A stretch of 64,000 nt of DNA, from NCBI GenBank assembly GCA_020341795.1, contig CP070836.1, positions 1,682,157-1,746,156 on the forward strand. Direction: 5' to 3'. This stretch comes from Thermoplasmatales archaeon (lineage in GTDB: Archaea; Thermoplasmatota; E2; DHVEG-1). Positions within the stretch are counted from its first letter, which is position 1; every line of letters starts with the position of its first letter. Made by a program: the position numbers and the translations under genes. This document shows, one piece after another, positions 8,388-16,042 of this stretch. The notes under the pieces are model-generated. The model was not told the origin of the DNA. It saw only the letters and a program-made list of their open reading frames with translations, and ran no database searches.

Positions 8388-8912
8388 ATGAAAATAAAAA
8401 AGACATTGATGATAGGTCTGATTTTAATTATGTTAGTCGTTGTATCATTTGCACCGGTATCAATCACTGTAATAGCAGCTACGACTGATACAATTACCAT
8501 AGAATTTGATCCTCAAGGTAATATCTCAATTGATGTTAGCCCAGGGACATACAATTTTAGTACATTTTGGTCTTATAGTGACGAATCTACAGGTGGAACA
8601 TATTTCACAATTTGGAATAATGGTACTGCAGACAACATGCAAACCGATATCCAGATAACAGGTAGTCCTGCTTCTCTAACAATAGATGAGGATAGTGAAC
8701 CTACTGCTGATGATAACTACGCGCTTTATCTAATAGGTGGCACTGCTTCAGGCATAAATGCATGGGTTAAAGAAAGCGCAACTATCCAGTTAGATAGTGA
8801 CCTTGATACAACTGGTACAGAAACTTTTGGTTTTCAACTTTACATATCTAACATTACAGCAAATCATACTTGGCAATCTATGACATTAACCTTGACGGGT
8901 TCACAAGCATAA
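8388..8912 (+). CDS. Small secreted beta-rich protein (174 aa), candidate fibre or structural subunit
   Basis: N-terminal signal or anchor MKIKKTLMIGLILIMLVVVSFAP. The remainder is Thr/Asp/Gly-rich with alternating beta-strand-like patterns (YFTIWNNGTADNMQTDIQITG, ETFGFQLYISN, MTLTLTG). There is no C-terminal anchor. Confidence 0.55.
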   Translation: MKIKKTLMIGLILIMLVVVSFAPVSITVIAATTDTITIEFDPQGNISIDVSPGTYNFSTFWSYSDESTGGTYFTIWNNGTADNMQTDIQITGSPASLTIDEDSEPTADDNYALYLIGGTASGINAWVKESATIQLDSDLDTTGTETFGFQLYISNITANHTWQSMTLTLTGSQA

Positions 8913-9031
8913 ATAAAAATAAAACACATAACTTTATTTCTTTATTTTTTATAATGTTATTATTTTATCAAAGATTAATAACAATGTTTTTAAGTAAAAT
9001 TAGTATATGATTTAATACTGGAGGATGGGCT

Positions 9032-9679
9032 GTGAGGATAATCAAGATTCTATTTTTAATTTTTTTATTTTTATTAATAGGCCTCAACATTTTTTTACCT
9101 CCTCCTGTTTCATCAGGTGGCCTATCTATATGGCCAGGAAAGCTAACTATCACAATGTCAGATGGTTATCCTGAGGAAGAAATCCAGTATGAAATCAAAG
9201 TAAGTAATAGTAATACCTATGATATCAATGTTACAGGAGAAATTGCAAACCCAAGTCTTCACCGTTTAATGAAGAATTATACTTTTATTCCTGATTTATC
9301 CTGGGTTCAAATCACATCTGATATCGTTCATATACCTGCTAAGGAATCACGTTTTTTAAAAGTAATTATTAATATACCTGATTCAGAAAAAACATTACAT
9401 TATAATGAACGCTGGGAAGTATGGATAGTAGTATCAGAATTAATTAATCAATCACAAGATGCTGGAGCTTTTATCCAGACTGAACTTGTTGTAAAATTTT
9501 TTATCATTACTCCATTTGTTGAAGAAAAGTCGCAAATACTACAATTTTTTTATTTAATAATATTATTTACTATAGGTGGATTATTAACTGCATATGTTTT
9601 CTATATCAAATCTCGCGGGAGAGATATATTTAGAAATAAACAGAGTGTTTTTTATTTTAAAAAATGGAAAAAACGTTGA
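9032..9679 (+). CDS. Single-pass membrane protein with an Ig-like ectodomain (paralog of 12369-12974)
   Basis: GTG start preceded by GGAGG. It has a signal peptide, an Ig/CARDB-like pattern (EIKVSNSNTYDINVTG), the conserved motifs NYTFIPDLSWVQI and WEVWIVV, a C-terminal TM segment (FFYLIILFTIGGLLTAYVFYI) and a basic tail. Confidence 0.6.
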   Translation: MRIIKILFLIFLFLLIGLNIFLPPPVSSGGLSIWPGKLTITMSDGYPEEEIQYEIKVSNSNTYDINVTGEIANPSLHRLMKNYTFIPDLSWVQITSDIVHIPAKESRFLKVIINIPDSEKTLHYNERWEVWIVVSELINQSQDAGAFIQTELVVKFFIITPFVEEKSQILQFFYLIILFTIGGLLTAYVFYIKSRGRDIFRNKQSVFYFKKWKKR

Positions 9680-9833
9680 GAAATCAAATCGTAGAAAGTA
9701 AGCAAAGAAAATAAATTATAACCATAAATATTCTTTTTCTGTTATTTTTGTATTTCTTATCTTGTTTTATGTTGTTTCTTGAATCTATATTAGTTCATTT
9801 TTTAGGATATATTTATCACAAAATTCAATTATG

Positions 9834-9918
9834 TGATTCATATATGAATCATATATGATTTATATATAAATCATATTTAAAGCAAAAATATATAAATAAA
9901 TGATTCATATATGATTCA
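9834..9918. promoter_or_regulatory. Three 18-bp operator-like palindromes upstream of the RHH gene
   Basis: TGATTCATATATGAATCA (9834-9851, perfect palindrome), TGATTTATATATAAATCA (9856-9873, perfect palindrome) and TGATTCATATATGATTCA (9901-9918, one mismatch). A TATA-like atatataaataaa at about 9888-9900 lies between sites 2 and 3. Site 3 ends 3 nt before the ATG at 9922. Confidence 0.6.
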
Positions 9919-9921
9919 AAC

Positions 9922-10110
9922 ATGGGTAAAATCCAGAGGTTTCCAGTTGGTTTTCCTCCCATCATACGGGAAATAATAAAACAACAAGTAGGCACACTAG
10001 GTAATTCCGAGGCTGAAGTCGTCAAAAACATGGTTCTTATTTATCTGACTGAAAAAGGAATGCTAAAACGCTTCGAAACCAAACATAAAAAGGAGGAGAA
10101 AAAAAGATGA
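9922..10110 (+). CDS. Ribbon-helix-helix (CopG/Arc/MetJ-like) small DNA-binding protein
   Basis: 62 aa. It has an N-terminal beta-strand (KIQRFPVGF), a helix (PPIIREIIKQQVG), the G-x-S turn (LGNSEAE) that opens helix 2, and a basic tail. Its stop overlaps the start of the next gene (10107). Confidence 0.6.
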   Translation: MGKIQRFPVGFPPIIREIIKQQVGTLGNSEAEVVKNMVLIYLTEKGMLKRFETKHKKEEKKR

Positions 10111-12305
10111 ACTGGAATCTTAAAGTCCAAAGAGTTCTCTTACTGACAATATTCTTTTTCATATTTATAGCACTCTCAATTACTATAAAATCAATTCCTC
10201 CTGTCACACAAGAAACATTAATAGTTGACATAAGTGGTAATGGAGACTATATCAGTATAAAGGAAGCAGTTAATAATGCCAAACCAACTGATATTATACA
10301 TATAAAAGAAGTAGTATATAAGGAAAATAATCTGGAGATCAATAAGAAAATAACGATCATAGGGGATAATCCTGACACTACAATTATTAACTGTGAAGAA
10401 AAAAACGGATTTATGTTTTCCAGTACATATGTTGATATAAAAAATATTCAACTAACAGACACCAAAGAATATGCAATTTATGTTCCATTTGAGAGTAATA
10501 GTTGTTCCATATCTAATTGTATTATAAACAAAGACACGGCAGGTGTTGGTATTTTAGTACGAGCTAATTCTGTAATTATTTCTAATTGTGATCTAAGGGG
10601 ATATAATAAAACTGCAATAGGTATCCAGTTACAAGAATATAACAATATTATCCAAGAGTGTACTATCCAAAGATTCGACGTAGGTATCTTAGTCATTCTA
10701 AATGCACATGATAACAAGATTCTAGATAGTAACCTATTGGACAACAAAAAAGCAGTAGACATTAGAATCAATTCAAATAACAATTTAGTAACTAATTGTA
10801 ATATCTACAGCAACAAAATAGGAGTTCATATCTGGCAAAGCTCCAATGATAATCTAATCTATCATAATAATCTCTGGAAAAACGATGAAGATGCAAAAGA
10901 TGAAAGTAATAATCAATGGGACAACGGTAATGTAGGAAACTATTGGGATGATTACATTGGTATTGACAACGATGGAAACAGCATTGGAGATACACCATTT
11001 ATAATATCTGCAGAAAATGCAGATAGATTCCCGATTGTAAACATGATTCTCCCAGATTTTATATCAATTCCAACTAATGTAAAACATGTGTCAAGCGTAT
11101 CTGATAACACTCCATCTTTTACATGGGATCCCTCGTTTTATAATAAAGGTGTCAAGGGGTATTATGTAAGGATAGATAGCAACCCTGAAATAAATATCGG
11201 TAACGATATAACAAGTTGGACTTCACCTGTTATCATCTCAGAAGGGATTCACAGTTTCTATGTCTGGGCAGAGGGCACCGATGATACTAATAGCAGCTAT
11301 GCCTCAATTACATTTTCGATTGATACCATATTTATAGACAACGACCAAGACGGATGGTCTGATGAAGAAGAGCAAAGATATGGTACAAATCCAAATGATC
11401 CGGACAATTACCCCTTGGATACAGATAATGACCATATACCTAATCCTGTTGATTCCGATGATGATAACGATGGTTATAGCGATGACATGGAACGATCTTA
11501 TGGGACGGACACAGTTAACTTAAATAGTTATCCAATCGACACAGATGAAGATTATTTACCGGATGATGACTCACCAGATGGAATATACACTGGAGATATC
11601 GATGATGATAATGATGGCCTTATAGATATATTTGAAATAAACCTTGGATCTAACCTATTAGATGGAACAGATGTAATAAAAATCTATATCGACGGAAAGC
11701 CATATTATCTTGTTGATATATCAAAGAGTGGACAATATGATATCATTTATGAACCAAGTAGAAAATCTACAACTGCCGTAGAAATTTATGATGAAAATTA
11801 TCTTATAGATCTAAATGGGGATGGCTCATGGGACTATATGTACTATGTTTTAGATGGAACAGTATCTGAATATGCCGAAATAGTTTTACCGTGGACGTTT
11901 GTTACCGGAATACTATCAATCCTGGTAATACTCTTTATTATATCAATTATCGTTATATATTATATTAGAATTAGACCCATAAAATATATATTCTATAAAG
12001 AAGCAAAGAAACCTGTTGAAAAACGAATGATTAAAAAACCCTTTAAATTCTATGCTGACGATAAAGATACTATTAAGATGATTAGTCAAACAAAATACCT
12101 TCTACAAAATATTCAACGGGATGTAACAGTATATATGGATAAACTGAATCAAATCGAAGATCAAATCGAAATGACTATAGCTGAAGATGAGGAGGCTTCA
12201 ACATCTTTAGAAAAGTATACAAGTAAACCAACAAACAATGTTGATATAGAAAAAGAAGTAGATGAACTCCTATCACGATTCAGTAGAGATGACAAACAGC
12301 AGTAA
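10107..12305 (+). CDS. Membrane-anchored surface protein: NosD/CASH-type right-handed beta-helix, Asp-rich repeats, TM segment, acidic coiled-coil tail
   Basis: It starts with a signal or anchor. Parallel beta-helix repeats (ISNCIINKD..GILV.., ISNCDLRGY.., IQECTIQRF.., ILDSNLLDN.., VTNCNIYSN..) are followed by NYWDDY...GDTPF. Asp-rich repeats are DNDQDGWSDEEEQRYGTNP...DTDNDHIPN...DDDNDGYSDDMERSYGTD. The stalk region is homologous to 6361-8097. The TM segment is ILSILVILFIISIIVIYYI. Confidence 0.7.
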   Translation: MNWNLKVQRVLLLTIFFFIFIALSITIKSIPPVTQETLIVDISGNGDYISIKEAVNNAKPTDIIHIKEVVYKENNLEINKKITIIGDNPDTTIINCEEKNGFMFSSTYVDIKNIQLTDTKEYAIYVPFESNSCSISNCIINKDTAGVGILVRANSVIISNCDLRGYNKTAIGIQLQEYNNIIQECTIQRFDVGILVILNAHDNKILDSNLLDNKKAVDIRINSNNNLVTNCNIYSNKIGVHIWQSSNDNLIYHNNLWKNDEDAKDESNNQWDNGNVGNYWDDYIGIDNDGNSIGDTPFIISAENADRFPIVNMILPDFISIPTNVKHVSSVSDNTPSFTWDPSFYNKGVKGYYVRIDSNPEINIGNDITSWTSPVIISEGIHSFYVWAEGTDDTNSSYASITFSIDTIFIDNDQDGWSDEEEQRYGTNPNDPDNYPLDTDNDHIPNPVDSDDDNDGYSDDMERSYGTDTVNLNSYPIDTDEDYLPDDDSPDGIYTGDIDDDNDGLIDIFEINLGSNLLDGTDVIKIYIDGKPYYLVDISKSGQYDIIYEPSRKSTTAVEIYDENYLIDLNGDGSWDYMYYVLDGTVSEYAEIVLPWTFVTGILSILVILFIISIIVIYYIRIRPIKYIFYKEAKKPVEKRMIKKPFKFYADDKDTIKMISQTKYLLQNIQRDVTVYMDKLNQIEDQIEMTIAEDEEASTSLEKYTSKPTNNVDIEKEVDELLSRFSRDDKQQ

Positions 12306-12368
12306 ACAGCAATACAATGATTATAGTGTGAAAGTTTACAAACTTCATAATAGAAAAAGTATGATAAT

Positions 12369-12974
12369 ATGAAAAAAACAGTCTCATTAATGACCATAAT
12401 TTTATTTTTGTTGATGTTAATTCCAATATGTAAAGGAGACTTTATTGTTCAACCTCGAGAAATATCAATTACGATGGATAACGAGTTCATCCTTAGTAAT
12501 ACGTCAAAAAAAATCATGATAACAAACAACAACGATTACAGCATTAACATCTCATGGTATCTTGAACATCCTAATCCTATCTCCTGGATGAGACCAAATA
12601 AAACGTTTATCCCTAGTTTATCCTGGATTGATTTAAATCCTAAATGGTATATTATCCCGCCAGATGATAGTGTTTCGTTTTATATCTATTTATATGTCCC
12701 TGAAAGTAAAGATCATCTGAAACAAAATTGGGAGACATGGGTTACTTTTAAAAAAGAATACCAAGAGGGCATATTTAACCAAGAACACGCTGTGAGGATA
12801 TATATAGATACTCCCATCATAATGACAAATAATAATAATTATAGTCAAAATAAGCCATCGATACCAAGAAAAGAACACATAAACATCCCATTCTTAGTTA
12901 TAGTGATTTCAGTAGTTTTTGTGATAATACCACTGGCACTAGGTGGTTTATCTTTCAAAAAGAAGAAATCATAG
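12369..12974 (+). CDS. Single-pass membrane protein with an Ig-like ectodomain (paralog of 9032-9679)
   Basis: It has a signal peptide, the pattern KKIMITNNNDYSINISW, the conserved motifs NKTFIPSLSWIDL and WETWVTF, a C-terminal TM segment (IPFLVIVISVVFVIIPLALGGL) and a KKKKS tail. Confidence 0.6.
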   Translation: MKKTVSLMTIILFLLMLIPICKGDFIVQPREISITMDNEFILSNTSKKIMITNNNDYSINISWYLEHPNPISWMRPNKTFIPSLSWIDLNPKWYIIPPDDSVSFYIYLYVPESKDHLKQNWETWVTFKKEYQEGIFNQEHAVRIYIDTPIIMTNNNNYSQNKPSIPRKEHINIPFLVIVISVVFVIIPLALGGLSFKKKKS

Positions 12975-13072
12975 AACTATCGCATTATGATTAAATGTTC
13001 ATTATTCTTGTTTCAAGACATAGCAAAACTAAGTGTATCTTAGCTACTTTTCTCAAAAGAATATAATTGTTT

Positions 13073-13087
13073 CTTGCCGGGCTCATT
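13073..13087 (+). repeat. Imperfect direct repeat of the tRNA-Met(CAT) 3' end (possible att-site remnant)
   Basis: CTTGCCGGGCTCATT (13073-13087) matches CCTGCCGGGCCCATT (3357-3371, the tRNA 3' end plus 2 nt) at 13 of 15 positions. The shared GC-rich core TGCCGGGC is unusual in this AT-rich sequence. Confidence 0.3.
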
Positions 13088-13200
13088 TATATGAAAGAAT
13101 TATTTAGATTAAATTTTTTTACAATCAATCTATTATCATCCAAGATAAAAATTCTGTCTTATCTTTTAAATATTTGATTTAAAAAAATATTAAAAAGAAA

Positions 13201-14667
13201 TTATGTTATAATAGATTTTTCAACCATATTTTTAATACAACCAGGGTCAGAAGCTAAAAAATTTCCCGTATAGCCATAAGCCCGTGCTCGACATCCACCA
13301 CAGAAATAACGGTATTCACATTTACCACAATTACCTTTCAGTTCATCCTTATTTCTTAGATCGTCAAGAAATGGATTGTTTCTCCATAATTCTTCAAAGG
13401 AACTAACTTTTAAATTACCAAGCATAAAGGGGAAAAAAACACATGGTTCTATATCACCATTTGGTTTAATGGCACAATACAATCTTCCACATCCACAACC
13501 ACCAATAAACTCAGTAAGATTTACAAGTTTACCTTGTAACTCCGGATTTGAAAAATGAGTAGGGACAATTTTTTTATTTTTTCCAATTTCTGATTCAAGT
13601 GCTACACGTGCAAATTGAGGTGCAGTTGTTAAAACATTCATTTTTCTACCAGATTTTAATCGTTCCCATAACATTTTCAGAAGTTTTTCACGCTCAATTG
13701 GTGATAAATCATTCTCAGATATAAACTCTCCTCGTCCTGTTGGAATAAAATTATAGACCATAAACCAGTTAACATCAAGATCTTCACAGAGCTTAATAAT
13801 CTTAGGAATTTCAGAATAATTATAGTGTGTTGCAGTGGTTGCAATATTTACAAAAAAATCTTGATCAACACAATTACGAATACCCTGTATAGTCTTTTCA
13901 TAAACCCCTTTTATCCCTCGGAAATTATCATGAGTTTCAGCAGAAGCGCCATCAAGGCTTATTTGAACAAAGGAAACACCATTATCTTTCATCTCATTAG
14001 CTTTTTCTTTTGTAATCAAAGTACCATTTGTTGCAACAGCAACATACATCCCTTTATCACGGGCATATCTAGTTAATTCAAAGATATCGTTTCTAACTAA
14101 AGGTTCCCCACCTGAGAATGATAGGATGGGGACACAAGCACGATCAAGTTTATCAATAATCTCTTTTGCTTCATGAGTTGTTAATTCATCCCCGAGAGAT
14201 TTACCAGCATTGGCATAACAATGTTTACATCGAAGATTACAAGAATAAGTAATATCCCAAACAACAAGGAATGGAGCACCAGTAATAAAGGGTCTTTGAA
14301 TGCCAAAATGTGCAATACCTGTCAAAACATTTGCAAGACCTTTTCTCCATGAAGGATGAGAAAAATGTTCTTTTAACTTTTCTGGTGTTACGCCGAATGC
14401 TTTACCACCTGTTTTTAAAACACTGCTAATTGCTTTTTTAGCAAGGATACATTTAATACATGCATCTTTACGAATACCTACATATAATTCTAAGGCTACT
14501 TCAACACGGTTTTTACCACATTTTTCACAAAAACCAAGACCAGACAAAATCTTACGTGTTAAAGGATTTCCGATAGTGGACTTCAATATTTGGATTGTAG
14601 TAACAGTCCCCAAATATTTCTTCCTCCAAAATATATTTAATTTAAATATTTTTTTATTGATCCGCAC
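13201..14667 (-). CDS. Radical SAM enzyme with a C-terminal SPASM-type auxiliary-cluster domain and an N-terminal Cys-containing extension
   Basis: CxxxCxxC motif in WDITYSCNLRCKHCYANAG, and GGEPL in FSGGEPLVRND. The C-terminal Cys-rich region is GGCGCG...C...C...GNCGKCEYRYFCGGCRARAY. The roughly 130-aa N-terminal extension has CEKCG and CIKC. The true start is uncertain. Confidence 0.75.
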   Translation of the reverse strand: MRINKKIFKLNIFWRKKYLGTVTTIQILKSTIGNPLTRKILSGLGFCEKCGKNRVEVALELYVGIRKDACIKCILAKKAISSVLKTGGKAFGVTPEKLKEHFSHPSWRKGLANVLTGIAHFGIQRPFITGAPFLVVWDITYSCNLRCKHCYANAGKSLGDELTTHEAKEIIDKLDRACVPILSFSGGEPLVRNDIFELTRYARDKGMYVAVATNGTLITKEKANEMKDNGVSFVQISLDGASAETHDNFRGIKGVYEKTIQGIRNCVDQDFFVNIATTATHYNYSEIPKIIKLCEDLDVNWFMVYNFIPTGRGEFISENDLSPIEREKLLKMLWERLKSGRKMNVLTTAPQFARVALESEIGKNKKIVPTHFSNPELQGKLVNLTEFIGGCGCGRLYCAIKPNGDIEPCVFFPFMLGNLKVSSFEELWRNNPFLDDLRNKDELKGNCGKCEYRYFCGGCRARAYGYTGNFLASDPGCIKNMVEKSIIT

Positions 14668-14853
14668 TTAGTTAGGATTTTATATTATATATAAATATTT
14701 TCCCGATTTTGTTTTTAAAAAAAGGTTTTAGAAAAAACAGGTTATTTAATTTAGAATTTTTAGTTTTTAATAATTAATTTATTCAATTCTCTTTATATTA
14801 ATAGGAAGGAGCCTTCTGGACCAGTTTGTTAATTATAAGGCTTAATTTGAAAA

Positions 14854-16017
14854 TTATATGTATAATGGAAACGTAATTATATCCTGTATATCCATTGAAG
14901 CATTATTTTCATTATTATAAGCAATTACTCTTAATTCATGTGTACCACATTCTTCGCATGGTAAATACCATTCAAATGGTTTTTTAGAAATATTATATTT
15001 TAAATTTTTATCAATATAAACCTTGACATTTCTAGTATCCTTAGAAGCATCCATTTTAATAGTAGTCCCTTTTATTATTATAGCTTCTCCTTTTTTTACA
15101 ATAAATTTTCGCAATAATGATTTTTTCCAAGAAATATTATTAAAATACATCTTACCTCTTTTTGGACTTTCTATGTAAACTTTTGGTACATCGGGTTGGA
15201 AATTACCATATACACCATCTATATATAATATACCAGTACCTCCATAAAAACCTATGAAAAATGGTTGAAGAGGTCTATGCGCATTATATGATACTCTTAT
15301 CCATCCTTCCTCACCCCAACCTTTTCCCCAGCTGTTTTTTATAAGCCAACATTGTTGACTATCATCATAACCAAATATAGTAATAACATGTCCTCCTTCT
15401 ATTTTACCCCATAGATTTCTATAAATTCCACCTGAGTATCTCTGGAAATCACTTCTTACTATCATACATATCACTAATGGTCCGTAATTGATCAAAGCAT
15501 TTTTTATAGAGTCTATATCAGTATCTACCCATCCCCAGTTTTCAATTTTAATTGTTCTATTTTCCCATCCTGGAAGTACATCATCAGGGGAGCTATCCCA
15601 TGGTCTTCCAGGATCTGGATAACATCCTTCATCTGGAACCCCAACTTCTTTTAGTTGAGTCATACATTTTTTTATATCAACTCCCCAGTCACATGTACCA
15701 CCTGAACTAAAAAATAAATGCATTTCTGAAAGATCACATTCGAATGGGTAACCAACTTTGTATTGTATTATTGTTTCAAGAGAAGCAACTAACGCATATG
15801 CCTCACAACTTGGACAGGGTGCTTGGTTTTTTATGGAGGTTGAATAATCAATTCCATTTATATTACACCAGTTAAAAGATGATGGTAATTCTTTATTTTC
15901 TTCCTTGTTTATTTCATTTTTTTGTATTATTTGAGGGGTAAAAAGAGGTGAAAAAATTATATTAGTAAGAAATAAAGCTATTATTATTGATGATTTTGTT
16001 AGATATTTTTTCTCCAT
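14854..16017 (-). CDS. Exported papain-family (C1) cysteine peptidase with a C-terminal beta-sandwich domain
   Basis: Signal peptide. The catalytic Cys region is NQAPCPSCEAYALVASLE, the His region is GGHVITIFGYDD, and WLIKNSWGKGWGEEGWIRVSY is also present. Confidence 0.8.
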   Translation of the reverse strand: MEKKYLTKSSIIIALFLTNIIFSPLFTPQIIQKNEINKEENKELPSSFNWCNINGIDYSTSIKNQAPCPSCEAYALVASLETIIQYKVGYPFECDLSEMHLFFSSGGTCDWGVDIKKCMTQLKEVGVPDEGCYPDPGRPWDSSPDDVLPGWENRTIKIENWGWVDTDIDSIKNALINYGPLVICMIVRSDFQRYSGGIYRNLWGKIEGGHVITIFGYDDSQQCWLIKNSWGKGWGEEGWIRVSYNAHRPLQPFFIGFYGGTGILYIDGVYGNFQPDVPKVYIESPKRGKMYFNNISWKKSLLRKFIVKKGEAIIIKGTTIKMDASKDTRNVKVYIDKNLKYNISKKPFEWYLPCEECGTHELRVIAYNNENNASMDIQDIITFPLYI

Positions 16018-16042
16018 AGATAATATCTCACATTTGAATTAT

